From positions 496,001 to 560,000 of the forward strand of contig BQFW01000005.1 of the NCBI GenBank assembly GCA_020891255.1: 64,000 nt of DNA. Direction: 5' to 3'. Position numbers and translations under genes: made by a program. Below, piece by piece: positions 49,482 to 62,755 of this stretch (positions are counted from its first letter, which is position 1; every line of letters starts with the position of its first letter). The notes beneath the pieces were generated by a model. That model ran no database searches, had not been told where the DNA came from, and saw only the letters and a list, made by a program, of their open reading frames with translations. The stretch is from Entomortierella parvispora E1425. Its lineage: Eukaryota > Fungi > Mortierellomycota.

Positions 49482-50725
49482 ATGTCAAGTGCACCACGCG
49501 TAGCAGGACCTGCATGCCGAGCAGCATTCAACTCCAGACGGACACACCTTCCTAGGCTTGCCATTACCAATGGAATCAGGACATCAGGAATATTGACACG
49601 CTCTCGCCTTTACTGCTCCGAATCCACCCCTCGCCAGTCTTTGCATCCCTCGTCCACATGGTGGCGCGATCACCCGGAGAGTACCTCTCCTAGGAACAAT
49701 CCAGAAAACGAGCAGGACAGTCAGCACCATTACGACAATCTGCGTACCAGCTCCTCTATCGCGTCGACCTATATTGATCTTTCTCGGATCCCCACAAACG
49801 AGCATGAACAGATCCTCAAGGACTTTATTTTGGTCCCAAACTACCTGTCGCCACCAGAACAAGAGATGATGATTCAAGCCGCGACAAAGAAGCTGAAGCG
49901 GGCTCTAGGAAAGCAAGTGCGGTATGAGGATGGACATTTTGATGGGGTCATTACCAGATACCGGGAATGTTCTGCCTCGGACTGGGGCACTGGCGCTCCC
50001 TCACTGGACAAAGATCAACAGCGAACGACTCCAAGCGAGATCATGCAGTCAATCAAGCATGAGTTTTTCCCACACCAATGGTCATGGGTAGCGCCTCACT
50101 TGCTGGAACTCGAAGCCGGTCGAGGAGGGATCAAGCCCCATGTGGATCATCTAGAGGCATCGGGCGAAGTGGTTGCAGGACTCTGCCTTGGATCCGACGC
50201 AGTCATGGAGCTGATCCACGAAGATGAGCCTGAACGGTTATTCAAAGTGTGGCTACCCAAAGGAGCATTTTACTTTCAGAGGTAAATGCAAAGTCAAAAA
50301 AAACGTGGACCCTGTTCAGTTGTGCTTGACACGAGGCGCTGCCTCTCGCTCTATTCTCGTTTACCTTTATTTTTGGATCGAGGAACCATTGTTCGCTGAT
50401 CGTTCTCTCCACTTGTCCTGGCTTTGCTTAGAGGGTCTGTTCGATACCATTACAAACATGGGATTCCTGTTGAACCTGCCGATCACCAGTTTCGAGGCCA
50501 GGTCATTCCCAAGGAGAAGCGCATATCTGTGATGCTTAGGGTAGGTCCACGCGCAGGGGAAAAGTTGCATTGATCGAGCAGTAACAGGCACGGACTAAAA
50601 TAGGGCGTAATGCATATCCTTTGCTTTTTTCTGCGCGGTAACTGATCTTCCCCTAGAATGCCCTGGATTCAAGGCTTCGGGAGTCGAGTCCCAGGTCGAG
50701 TATTAGCCACGGAATGGGCATGTAG
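49482..50725 (+). CDS. AlkB homolog 7-like 2OG-Fe(II) dioxygenase with mitochondrial-type presequence, three exons
   Basis: YEDGHFDGVITRYRE, HLLEL, IKPHVD (HxD), VAGLCLGSDAVM, LPKGAFYFQR|GSVRYHYKHGI, KRISVMLR. Exons spliced by hand. Confidence 0.85.
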
Positions 50726-51619
50726 AAGACGTGACGCATCCATTGTCTGATTAAAGATTGTCCGAGCCGATGGCATTAGTTCATTGTTCATTTCAGGCAT
50801 TACCGTTAAAGAGAAGGCACCAGTTGAGGAAGGGAGTGGAGTCAGAGGGAGTGACGAATTGAAGGGAGGTATGAGTAACACACCCCAAGCCCAGTGCGCA
50901 AGCAAACATGCAGGCCAACAAGCAAGAAAGCAGGCGCGCAGGCGAGCGAGTGAACAATTGGGAACCAACTCGAGTCAAGGAACAAAGGGCGTGAGAGCCC
51001 CTTTCGATTTTTTTTTTTTTTACTCACCTTATTTCTTCGGGGAAAAGTCCCAAAATGGACAGGCGATCGTGTGTCCGGGGACAATGAGGCGACGGGGCAA
51101 GGGAAGAGAAGGAAGGGAGCGCAAAGAGAGCGAGTCACAGAGATGGTGATGACTGAGGCCGTGCAAACTAAACTCTGTAAAGCGACCCCGCACTCTTGAC
51201 AAAAAGTGCCTTGATTTGGGTGCGGGGTAAAGCCGTGCCAGCCCCGCGCCACGGCCAGCCAGGAAGAGTCAACAGGACAAGCATGTGATATTACATTTCC
51301 GTGATCCAGGCCGTGCAGGCCGTGTCCTCAAAGTCTAAGGACCATAAAGACATCGTTCCACCAGTGACACACATCGCCGGTCCACCACAGCACGCTCTCT
51401 CCAGTCTGACTGAACACATCATTCTTGTTGTGCGTGTGTGCCTGGGTGATCAAAGTGCGTTTTCTACTGCCCTTTTTTTATATATACCCCTTCGTCATCC
51501 TCCTTTCCCTCTCTTCTTTTTCTTCTCTTCTTCTTCATTCCCTCTCTTCTCTATTCTCTCATCACTCCCCTCCACTCCGATCTCCCCTCTCTCCCTTTTC
51601 TCCATACATATTCCACATC

Positions 51620-53429
51620 ATGGTTGTCCACACTAACACCTCTACCCCCGCCTACGTTGACGCCGAGGAGGCCCGCTTCCAACAGGAGGTTGAGAAGGTC
51701 AAGGCCTGGTGGGCTACCGAGCGCTTCAGCCTTATCACCCGCCCTTACTCCGCAGAGTCCATCGTCTCCAAGCGTGGAACCATCGAGACTGACTACGCTT
51801 CCAACATCCAGGCCAAGAAGCTCTGGAAGTTGCTCAAGAACCACCGCAAGAACGGAACTGCCTCCCACACTTTCGGTGCCTTGGATCCCATCCAGGTTGC
51901 CCAAATGGCAAAGTACATTGAGACTGTCTACGTCTCCGGCTGGCAATGCTCCTCCACCGCCTCGTCCTCGAACGAGCCCGGTCCCGATCTGGCTGATTAC
52001 CCCATGGACACCGTCCCCAACAAGGTCGAGCACCTTTTCTTTGCCCAGCTGTTCCACGATCGCAAGCAGCGTGAGGCTCGTTTGACTGCCCCCAAGGAGC
52101 AGCGCACCAAGATGGCCAACATTGACTTTTTGCGCCCCATCATCGCCGATGCCGATACCGGTCACGGTGGTATCACTGCTAACATGAAGCTCGCCAAGAT
52201 GTTTGTCGAGCGTGGCGCTGCCGGTATTCATCTGGAGGATCAGATGGCTGGAACCAAGAAGTGCGGACACATGGCCGGCAAGGTTCTCGTCCCTATCTCG
52301 GAGCACATCAACCGTCTCGTTGCCAGCAGAGTCCAGTTCGATATCATGGGTGTCGAGAACCTGATTGTTGCCCGTACCGACTCTGAGGCTGCCACTTTGA
52401 TCACCTCCAACATTGATCCCCGTGACCACGCCTTCATTCTCGGAGCCACCAACCCCAACTTGAAGCCCTTGGTCGTCGAGATGGCCGCTGCTCAGGCTGC
52501 CGGCAAGAACGGAGATGATCTCCAGGCTGTGGAGGATGACTGGGTCAAGGCTGCCAACATCAAGTTGTACCGTGACGCTGTTGCCGATGCCCTCAAGGCC
52601 AAGGGCAAGGACACCGCTGACTGGCTCGCCAAGTCCGAGTTCATGTCCAACCCCGAGGCTCGCCATCTCGCCAAGTCCCTCGGTGTCGAGGTTCACTGGG
52701 ACTGGGACCTCCCCCGTACCCGCGAGGGATACTACAGATACCAGGGCGGCACCCGCTGCGCCATTAACAGGTAAGGACTGACCCTTCTCTTCATAAGTTC
52801 TTTCGCCACTTTCGCCACCGGTTTTGATCGGTGGTACAAGAGACATAAGAGCTTATTTTGTTGTCACCTTGACGAGTCACACTGTGTGTTCTTACTAACG
52901 TGGTTTTACCTCTGACTCTTTTTCCTCTCTGACTCTTCCTCTCTGTAGAGCTGTTGCCTTTGCTCCTTACTCTGATTTGTTGTGGATGGAGACCAAATCG
53001 CCCATTCTTGCTCAGGCCACCGAGTTCGCCAAGGGAGTTCTCGCCCAACACCCCAACATCATGCTCGCCTACAACCTGTCGCCCTCGTTCAACTGGGATG
53101 CTGCTGGTATGACCGACAACGACATGCGCGCCTTCATTGGTCAGCTCGGTGCCCTTGGATTCTCTTGGCAGTTCATCACCTTGGCTGGATTCCACTGCAA
53201 CGCCCTCGGAGTCGATGTCTTTGCTCGCGAGTTCGCCGACAAGGGTATGTATGCCTACGTCAACGGCATCCAGCGTCAGGAGCGCACCAACAGCGTCGAG
53301 ACCTTGGCTCACCAGAACTGGTCTGGTGCCAACTACTATGACAACTTGATCAAGACTGTCAGCGGTGGTGTCTCTTCTACCGCCGCCATGGGTAAGGGTG
53401 TTACCGAGACCCAGTTCGGTGCTCACTAA
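51620..53429 (+). CDS. ICL1: Isocitrate lyase, two exons
   Basis: [50 protein letters not shown] (signature), [27 protein letters not shown]. Strong codon bias. Confidence 0.98.
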
Positions 53430-54539
53430 ATTATATATCCCTGTCCCTTGGCCGGTTTCTTTGTCCTCCAAAGTCCTCCAATTGCCTTGGGGTGATTCAA
53501 AAATAGTCTTTTCCATTTGCATCAATGACTTTTTTGAGCCTCCCCTTTAGCGATTATGATGTTCGACGACGATAGCCCCACACTCCCCCCTCACTCGTAA
53601 AGAAAAAGTAGCAAAAAAAACTTGCATCTACCACTACCTTGTATAAAATAAAAAAATTCATACCACTACTCAGTAGAACCATGGCCACTGTCTTGGGAAA
53701 GAGAGAGAGAGAAAAAGAGAGAGAGGTCTCAAAGGACTGTGTGCCTGCGAAGCTACACGCCTGGGATCGAATCCGGGCTCGGGCAAAGACTTTATCCACC
53801 TGCATTGGTACACAATAGTCTCTCCTTACATCAGCAGGGCGTTGAGGGAGAGCTGTGTCGTGCTACGCGTCCATTTCTGTGAAAGCTGAGTAAACGTAGT
53901 ACGCGCTGAAGGGGGAATACTAGTCATCGTCGAGAGGTGGCTAGGTTTCTCGCTCCAGAATGCAATTTTTCATCCATCCTTGTCGTGTTCTTTTTTTTCC
54001 CCTTTTTACCCATGCATTCTTCTTGATCTCTGAATGAAAAACAAATTAATTGTCAATTTGATGCAACATGAATTTTGGTGGCGCTCTCTTTTTCTGTCCG
54101 GGCTCACAGGCTAATCTTCAAATGACCCCAAAAAGTGACATTGCTCGATGCCTTTGAGAATGAAAGGACCCTGTTGATTGTGCACATGCTCGTTGTTTTA
54201 TTCACCGTCAATATTTTCAACTCTCCATTTGATAATAAGTAAGTGAAACAGGCCGCGTCCAGAAACGGGCGTCAACGAGCAAGCGGCGGACCGTCGCATC
54301 TTGAAAATTGGTGTGTCTACTGTGAAGTGTATGTACTGTACATTACACTGGTATGGAAACCTCTGAGAACCATTGCACCACTGACTGTTGGTCCAGGAAA
54401 CGTGTCAAAAAAGTTTGTGTTCAAAATGGGCCTCAAAAGGCTTCTTAAGGGTTACCGCTGCGCCCATTCGGCACATGGAGTTTTTGTCAGGCAATGCAAC
54501 AATGCATTTGCTCTCCCTGCTTGCATTCATTTTACCTCT

Positions 54540-56227
54540 TTCCTACGCGCCATCCTGACATGCGACCAACAGATACTTCTCATGATTGGGGAATTTCTGC
54601 CCCGTCACTCTCTACCATCCTGTCTCCGTGTGTGCAAATCGTGCCATCAACTTCTGGCACCGCTGCTCTATTGGTCTTAGTTTTCTAGTCAAGCCATGGC
54701 CGTCCGAGGAGGCGATTTTACGATATGCCGAGCACATCCGACATCTCAGGACCCTACTAGTCGATGAAGATCCCAACCGCAGCAAGGTGCCTCTAGCCTT
54801 TGGCCGGAACCTCTCTCTCCAGTGCCACAATCTCCGGTCTTTGAATATGCTCTCCGTAGACTTTGACCAGCAGGAGAGTCGCTCTTGCTGTGAAACCCTG
54901 ATTCTTCAGAATCAACAGCTCTGTGAACTCTGGATATTCGGCAGCGCTAGCTCAGCCCGGCCTCAACTTTCGTGGACCGTGGGGTTTCCGCAGTGCAGCC
55001 CATTTTTGCAGATATTGACACTTGTTGGTTGTCATCTCGATGAACAGGACACGACTGCGCTCATGAAAGTAGGAAGAAGGCTGAAGGAGCTTTATATCCG
55101 TAGCAGCTCTCTTACCGGGACGGAGCTTGCGGTCCAACCACAGTTTCCACTGATGGAGCGCATCACGCTTTATAATGCTTTCGATGATCCTGCGCAGGAG
55201 CTCCGTTGGATGGCTCAATGCCCTCAGCTTCGAAGAGTAAATTGGAAGGCGCCTCCTATCTGGCTCCTGAACACGTTGGCAACAAGGCTGGCCTTCAAGA
55301 ATCTCCAGAGTCGGCCATGGATTCAGCTACAGGAGATTGCCATATCCGACTACCTGAGTGACAGTCAATTGGCGCAGATGTTGAACGCCTGTGGGTCACT
55401 CCGATCGCTGGTTATCGACCATTCCGGGATCTGGTATAGGTCTTTGGTGGCGTTGGGGAGGCACTCCAGGTCCTTAGAATTCCTGAGGCTGGATAGATGT
55501 GACAATCTACGGAGCTGGAATGGTTCAGAGGATATTGGCCTCTTTTCCGAATCTCTTTTCTCTCACAACCGCACCTATTCTGGCCCATGAACTGGTGACC
55601 AGTCCTGAATCAGAGGGAGCTCGAACACATTATTTAAAGCAGAATGTCGGAAGAGATAAGGAAACACGCCAGATGGAGATTATACGTAAAGAGTATGAAA
55701 TGGTAGACGAGTTGAACAAGATTATGGCACAGCTTGCAGGATCACACGACGTCCAGCGAGTGAAGCCTTGGGTTTGCTTGAAGCTGGTCCATCTTGAAAC
55801 GTCCATCGAATTTCCATCCGGACATAAGTTGGTGGACTGGGATGAGCAGGTCTTTCAACAGATCTCAAAACTTAACCATTTGGAATATTTGGATATCGGT
55901 CGGCCCAGCAGCGTCCGGGGACATAAAGACGGCGTACGAGGTCTTCAGCTAAAGGTACGGTATGGTATGGGTCTCTTGGCGCTTATCAAGGACTTGCACA
56001 CCTTACACTTTGTCGATACATGCCAACGCATGGACGAGCAAGATTTGCTTTGGATCTTACATCAGTGGCCAAACTTGAAATCGATGACCCGTAGCCTTCA
56101 TGAGGACGAGGGTATCCGCAGAACGTTGAGGCGATTGGCGCTTGAGACAGCCCCAAAGCTGAAGTTTTCTAGCAATAAATTCCACGACTGGGACTGGGAT
56201 AACGATGATGCACTTGATGAAGAATGA
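54540..56227 (+). pseudogene. F-box/leucine-rich-repeat protein, frameshifted (pseudogene or assembly indels)
   Basis: F-box ILLMIGEFLPRHSLPSCLRVCKSCHQLLAPLLY stops at 54678-54680. LRR-like text continues in the +1 frame (54586 ORF) and shifts +1 again near 55520 (…LRSW|MVQRILASFPNL), ending with PWVCLKL...DEQVFQQISKL..L.YLDIG...GLQLK, typical of Mortierella F-box families. Confidence 0.7.
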
Positions 56228-57584
56228 TTCTTCTGGGGAGCTTTGAATAAAATGTTTTTTTTTGGGGGATTGTTGTCAATGCAGCCTTGGATCTTTTCTA
56301 CTGGATTACCATCTGATACCATTGACATATCGGCCATTTCAACCATCACCCGGAGTTCATTTCGAAGAGTTTTGAGCTATTTTTGTTCTCAGGCAGTGTC
56401 TTTTATTATCTTTTGCATCATAAATGTAAAATGTCTAGCCACAAATGCACCATAGCTGGATATCCTGATCATTACTCTACGAAACACACATCGCGAGCAG
56501 TCTACTCTTTACCATTCATGTCGCGATAACACATATTTTTTTAAAATAGAACTGATGGCAAGAAACCCGCTTATCCTAAGAGTAATCTTAGGCACCCAAG
56601 CACACAATTGGTCCAAGCGGCGGTACGTTCATACGATGGCAAGTGATCCCGAGTCGATATCAGCGATAGGTTTAACAACGATAGGACAATGAAAAAAAAA
56701 ATCTCACGACTTTCAATCTATCTTCTGAAAGTCGTTTTTTCTTCTATTCAGCGAGAAGAAGGAAGATGGTCCTAGCGAGGATCTATCGTCCTGATGGAAA
56801 ACGAAGAGGCACTTTTTGGACACGCTGGCAGGCCCACTATCGAAAGCAGCTTTTGAGCAAAAAAAAAGGGAACGATCATAAAAATAAATGAAAAGATATT
56901 TTACCACTTGTAATGAGACAGCACACGGTTTTGCATGTTTTTTTTCTTGGTCCTTGGGAGAAGAGAAAGAGTTCTCAAGGCACGCTCTTTTTTTTTTCTA
57001 AACAAACAAACAACAAAACACACAAAAAAAATAAGCAAAGAAAAAATGAAAAGAAAAGATGCTTGTACAAATTTCAGGTACAGAGCGGACGAGTGAATGA
57101 TCTTCAGGGACCGAAACGGTCTCGGATCCCCTGTTCCTGAGCCTTATTCAGCAAATGACCAAATAACCCACCGCGGAGATCTTGATAAGGGCCCTGGGAA
57201 GAGACAACCGTGGATGACAGCAGGAGAATACAAGCAAGGACTTGCGCTTTGATGCGTCCGCTGCCCAACGGGAGAGCGAGGGCCAGGAATTGTGGCATGT
57301 TGAGAGTTGAGAGCCGATGGACTGTGGACAAAGACCACACACAGGGGTCGAGCAGAAACACGAAGATGCCAAAACAGAGAAAGAGAAAAGGACAAAAAGA
57401 GAGACCGTGGGCGGGTGGGCTGTGCGAGGGAAGGAAGCAAGGAAAGACAAGCGGAAGAAAGAAGGCAAGGAAAGACAGGAGAAACGTGGGGGCGCAAACC
57501 GGACGACCGACGGACGACAGAGTTTTTTTTCCTCTTCTCTTTTCTTCATTCACTCTATCACTCTCTCTCTCTCTCATTCTCTTT

Positions 57585-57615
57585 AATCATCCATCCATCC
57601 ATCCATCCATCCATC
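57585..57615. repeat. (CATC)n microsatellite
   Basis: Direct reading. Confidence 0.8.
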
Positions 57616-57835
57616 CCTCTCCCTTTGCATTGCCTACTTGTAGGCATCCATCTTTCCCTCTCATTCCTCCTCCTCCTCCTTCTCCTCCTCCTCCTCTTCT
57701 CTCTCCTCTCCTTTCCTCTCCCTTCCTCTCCCTTAGTCTCTCCTCCTCTTTTCCTCCCGTCTCCCGTCCGACAGCCCCACTTCACTTTCCTACTCTCACC
57801 TCCCAGGGGCCAACCAACCCTTCTCTTCCCATTCA

Positions 57836-59918
57836 ATGCCGGCCCACACCGGCGGGTATGAGGACTCTACCCAACCACAGTACCAGCAACAACAACGGCA
57901 GCAGCAGCCTTATCCGACTTTCCCTTCGGCCCAGGCCCAGACCCGACAACAGCCCACTGCTGCTGGCACTACTGGCGGCTATGACTTTGACTTTGACTTT
58001 GACTTCTCTGTAAACAGCGACAGTCCTTCTTCCTCCAGATACCCTGACCAACGCTCTGCGCAGGAGCCACTGCAGAGTGGCGGCAGTGCCGGCAATGCGA
58101 CGTATAATGATCCCTCCTTGGATTACCCACGCCATGCGTACCAGCAACAATCTCAACAACAGCAGCAATACCCTGCTCAGGCTGAAGACTCTCTTCGGCA
58201 AAATCTTCAGCACTACAGTATCAACAGCAACAACTCCACTTATAATAATAATAATCCTGGCATCCTGCAGCTGCAGCAGCACGATCCCAACCAGAACAGG
58301 GTCCCAAGAGTAAAAAAGTCAACAAACCAAAGACAGGAAGAGAAGGACCTTCCCCCGACCTACTACCAAGACCAACCCAATGCGTCCCCTAGCTCTGCTG
58401 AGGAGGAGGTCACTTTCGGTGGACGGATTCAGCGTCTCTACCGGTTCCCATGCTCGACCAACGGCAAGGCCCTGTTGTCTCTGATAGCCGTTGAAGCCTT
58501 GATTGTCATTGCGATGCAGGCAGTTATCGTAGGCCTCTATTTCCAACACCTTGTCAAGGAACCCGTCCCCAATCCGGACGACCCCACAGCACCTCTATTG
58601 CCCCCGTACCTGGACATCCAGAACGTGTCCCGCTCAGTTCCTGCGTACCTGATTGTCTTTGTCTTTGCGCAGATCTTCCAGTGGGTGATGACCTGGGATG
58701 CAGTAAGTCGCGTTGCTGGCTTTCTTGTCTTGTTGAATGATGAACAGTTATTATTTTGACTGGTGTGCTTGACTGGCAGATTGATTCTCTCTGTTTCCTC
58801 TTGACTCACCTCCCTACCTCCTTACCTCTCTTTGCATGTGCAGGTTCGTGCCCAGAACACGATCGAGCTGATTGGTATCGTGGCCTTCAACCTGTGCTGT
58901 TTGGCGTATTCCATTTTTGAGATCTCTCAAATCAGAAATGCCCTCTGGACGTCTGCCGAAAAGGGATTTTTTGTATCAACCACCATCGCTATGGATTTCA
59001 ATGACACAGTCAAGCCCTTTCTCATCGTAGTCGTGGTGATTTTGGCCCTGACCCAGATCCTGTGTACTTGGTTTGCGTACCAGCTCTTCCAAGAATTTGG
59101 ATGGAAGATTTACAAAAAGATTGGCGCGGATCCCAACATGAAGAGTAAGTCAGCGCAAAAAGGCTGTTTGGACTCGATTTTTTTGGGTTCTAGACCCATG
59201 GAATGAGAAACAGGGAGGGTTTTTTGAACCTTGGAGAAAGAAAGGACGGGCAGACTTATTTTTTGCGCCCAAACTTTTTTCCTTTGGCATGATTTAGAAA
59301 TGTATCGCGCCTATCAGATTTACTTGGTCCTGATCAAGTTGGACCTGTTCTTCTTTGTCGGGTTCTCTATCCAATTCATCTATCTGACACTGACAAAACG
59401 TTCTGAGGATCCTGAATACTGGATCACGATCTTTGTCTTACCAGCGACCTTGCTGATTCTCTGGGTGGCTGTGTATGCAGTCAGGCATGAGAGTCGGAAG
59501 TGGATGTGGACCTTCCTGTTCTCAATGCTTTGTGGCGTCGTTTATTGTGTGTTCAAGGTGGTGCGCATGTACTATGGCCCCAAGGTCCCCAACTATGATG
59601 GCGTCCAAAAGTTCTTGACCCTCTTTGGTAAGCGACAGGAAAGAGTAGAGAGACGGCGTTATTTTTCCCTCTCTTGTTCTGAGCACCGCGTCATTTGGTT
59701 TCACTTCTTTTTTTCCCTTCATTTCTGAGTCTAACGTCTTCTTCGTTCACCTGGCTTTAGCGTCGCTTTGTTTGGTCACACTCCTGTTGACCATTGTCAA
59801 TGCCGTCATTTGTTTCCGCAACTTTGGAAAGGGTCTCAAGCCCCACCTCATGAGAGACAATCGTCAAGCCCAGAATGTGACCTCGAACAATACGGGACGC
59901 GTCCTGGAGATTGATTGA
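57836..59918 (+). CDS. Multi-pass membrane protein, UPF0658-like, with Gln-rich N-terminus (four introns)
   Basis: QNTIELIGIVAFN, EFGWKIYKKIGAD, MYRAYQIYLVLIKLDLFFFVGF, AVRHESR, CFRNFGKGLKPHL; last exon ends RVLEID* at 59918. Confidence 0.7.
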
Positions 59919-61736
59919 GAAGATCTCTGTTTTATTTAAACCTGTTATATTATATATCGGAATAAATTATGTTCTTCTACAAGCCATATGGTCACTCAGC
60001 GTTCGCGACGTCTATTCTTGTGGCAGAAAGAGAGGAATGAAGAGGAACAGGCGGTAGAGGAGGAGAAGGATGACCTGTGGAAAGAGAGCAGCAAGAACTA
60101 GATGAGGTTGAAAAAAAAATCAATTTATCAATTTAAGGATTGCTGACTAGGGTACCTGGTGCCGTATATATTTTTGTCCAGCCCATTGTCAGGGCCAGCA
60201 GAGCGAAGGATCAAAAGTTCTGTTCTGAAAGTCTGGCACCAAGGTAAGGTGTTTGAGTATTGACCACGCAAACTTGTTAGAGTTGACTTTGGTGGCAATA
60301 CAACCGGGAAAAAAAAGATAAGTCTCCGTTGTTCCGTTCACTTTCTTCCCATCTTTCGACCAGGTAGCTAGATAGCATTTTGGACTTATTTCCTTGTGCC
60401 CCTCCATTACCTTTCATTCTATTTCAAGTCCCTCCCCGCCTTTTGCCGCGGAAAAACAACCCTCATTGACATACAGTCAATACGTTTCACCCTACTCTGT
60501 CCACACAAAGGGAACTGCCGGAAAACCAACGGGGGATCGATCGGTCAAAAGTCATGACACGGATTGATCGAGCGTCCTCTGGTCCTGGAGATTATCAGGG
60601 GTGCGAACGTGCCAAGTTGATCATCAGATTGACTCTCAAGTAGACGCGCTTGCTCGTACCGTACCAACCGGTCTTTGCCCACTGGTCTAATCCTCTTAGA
60701 TATATTATCCTCTTATTCTTTTCTTGTCATTTTTCTCTACATCGTGAGCCTCTCTGCATGCTCAAGCACCGATCCATCATGAACGGATGCTATTATAATC
60801 GAGCACCAGAACTTATGGTGGCTCCTCCAAGTACGGCGATTCCTCGTCGCAAGCTGGGTCATCGACCCAGACGAACTTGACACCTGGATCGTATCATATT
60901 CTGAAGGTTACCCACTCCAAGAATGCACAAAATCGGCAGAGACACTGCAATTCGAGCGACAATTTTTAAACAATGGCCACTCCATGGGACCTCCAAGGGC
61001 AAAGTCCCTGCAACATAACCCCCAGCCGGCCGGCTCAAGTGCCTTCCCCCGTGATGAGCAAGAGATGCATGTCATCATGAACTGGGTAGTACCGGCTGCA
61101 ATGCCAAGCGTTTGTTCAAAGCGGAGGGTGGTGCTCAGGGACATAGTACTACAGAAAAAGAGAGACACTAGGCACTTGCAACTTGCAGGGGTCCCTACCT
61201 ACGGACGACCATGGAAAATCGTGGATAGAACGAATGCTTACCATCTTGGATGTGAGTGCCCAGTTGGGTCTAGCAACATCGGCAGTAACGTGGTTATTAA
61301 AAGTAGCACTCAGCATCGACAAGCACCATAGCTAGCCCCCCAGCTTTACATCGCAAACGAAGGGCGAATTCGGACGGTGCTCAAGAAGCCAACAAACATC
61401 GCAAGGAGTGTCGATAGTCATACTAGTTTCGTGTGTCCGGAAACACACCCCAAGTGTGGTTTATTTTTGTACTTTACACTTTCGAGTGGGGCGGCTTAAG
61501 GACACCCTTATTGCCTCGCCTCTGAAGGACTTGACAGAAAAGTTCATGCTAACTTTCGAGAGGGCCTCACTTCTGAAGGACTTTGACTGAAACGTTCATC
61601 GAACTTTTGAGCATTGGCAATAAATATAGTCACGTGTGCTCAGAAAAGGAAAAAAGAGATTCAATTCATCCGTCTTTGTCCTCCCTCTTTCTTCCCAACC
61701 CCAACTCCATCCAATCGACATCCATTTTCACGAAAG

Positions 61737-61981
61737 ATGCGGCCCTTTGTACGCAGGTCAAGTAAGCGCGCCGCCATGGCTGTCGGTCTGCTAGTTGGAA
61801 CTGCCTACGTGCTTGAAGCACTCAAGATCAAGAAGAAGGTAATTGATTAATTCAATGCTGCCAAAGCGGGTTCATGGACTGGTCTTAAAGCTCCATTTTT
61901 CTAATCATGTTTCCTGTCTTTTAGGAGGAACGCTTCTCTGTCATCATTGAGAACGAATCTAAACTGTGGCAGGGCGCATGA
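61737..61981 (+). CDS. 52-aa spliced micro-protein with one hydrophobic segment (intron 61839-61924)
   Basis: MRPFVRRSSKRAAMAVGLLVGTAYVLEALKIKKK|EERFSVIIENESKLWQGA*. GTAATT donor, CTAAT branch site, pyrimidine tract and TAG acceptor, phase 0; CT-rich leader upstream. Confidence 0.55.
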
Positions 61982-62755
61982 GAACCAAACGGGGGACAGT
62001 AATGATAGCGACTCAACCCACCCCCCCAATCACCAACCGCGCTATTCTCTGGTCGGAAAGACTCGGACGGAAAGAACGGCTGTCACCCCCAATCCTCACG
62101 GAGTAATTGACGACAATAAGCCGTGCTCTATTCAACCATTGAGCGAGAGGGACAGATGTAGCTCACCGAGGAGGATCAGTCCCAGGATGAACTGCCGAAG
62201 GCGTCTTTGTCTCAATCTCCAATCCAAACCTCCTTTATTGCATTTTTTTTTCGCATTTTTTTTCTTTCTTTCTCGGTAGTCGACTACCAGTACCCAGGAG
62301 CACCAGGATCAGCATGAACGAATGATTCATGGACCTTTCTCCTCGTCCGTCAGCCGGGTTATATCCTTCTCAAAACTGGTTTATCAGTATCATTGGCACC
62401 TCAGACTCGAACCAGCTGAAGAGACTTTTGGCGTTTTCGGCCAATTGGTGTCTCCCCACATCTTTGAGACAGAACGTGCTTGAGGCTCCCTAGATGGTCA
62501 GCTGCGCTGCTCAAGACTGTGAAGGATGAAGAGCGCACTGCCTTCAATTGCAGTAACTATATCCTTGAACTACCGAAAATAAATCCTCAGCCCCAAGTCT
62601 GTTGCACTCGTTGTACCTGTCATAAGTCCATTGCTCCCTTTACCCCCTGCTTTCTCTTCAAATTTTGACGACGGAACATGCAATGGGTTGTCACCATAAC
62701 AGGAAAGAAAAAATGAACATATATATTGGAGTAGCCGTCTTAAGCGACATGCGGT

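Noticed and set aside
51551-52846. 431-aa antisense ORF over isocitrate lyase
   Set aside because: Shadow frame produced by strong codon bias in a highly expressed gene; the translation has no independent motifs.
53755-53790. GATCGAATCC resembling a tRNA T-loop
   Set aside because: Not the GTTCRA consensus, and no cloverleaf stems could be built.
57104-57861. Overlapping ORFs upstream of the UPF0658-like gene
   Set aside because: Low-complexity CT-rich leader and microsatellite sequence.
60650-61331. ORFs in the 60-61.5-kb intergenic stretch
   Set aside because: No recognisable motifs, codon bias or splice structure.
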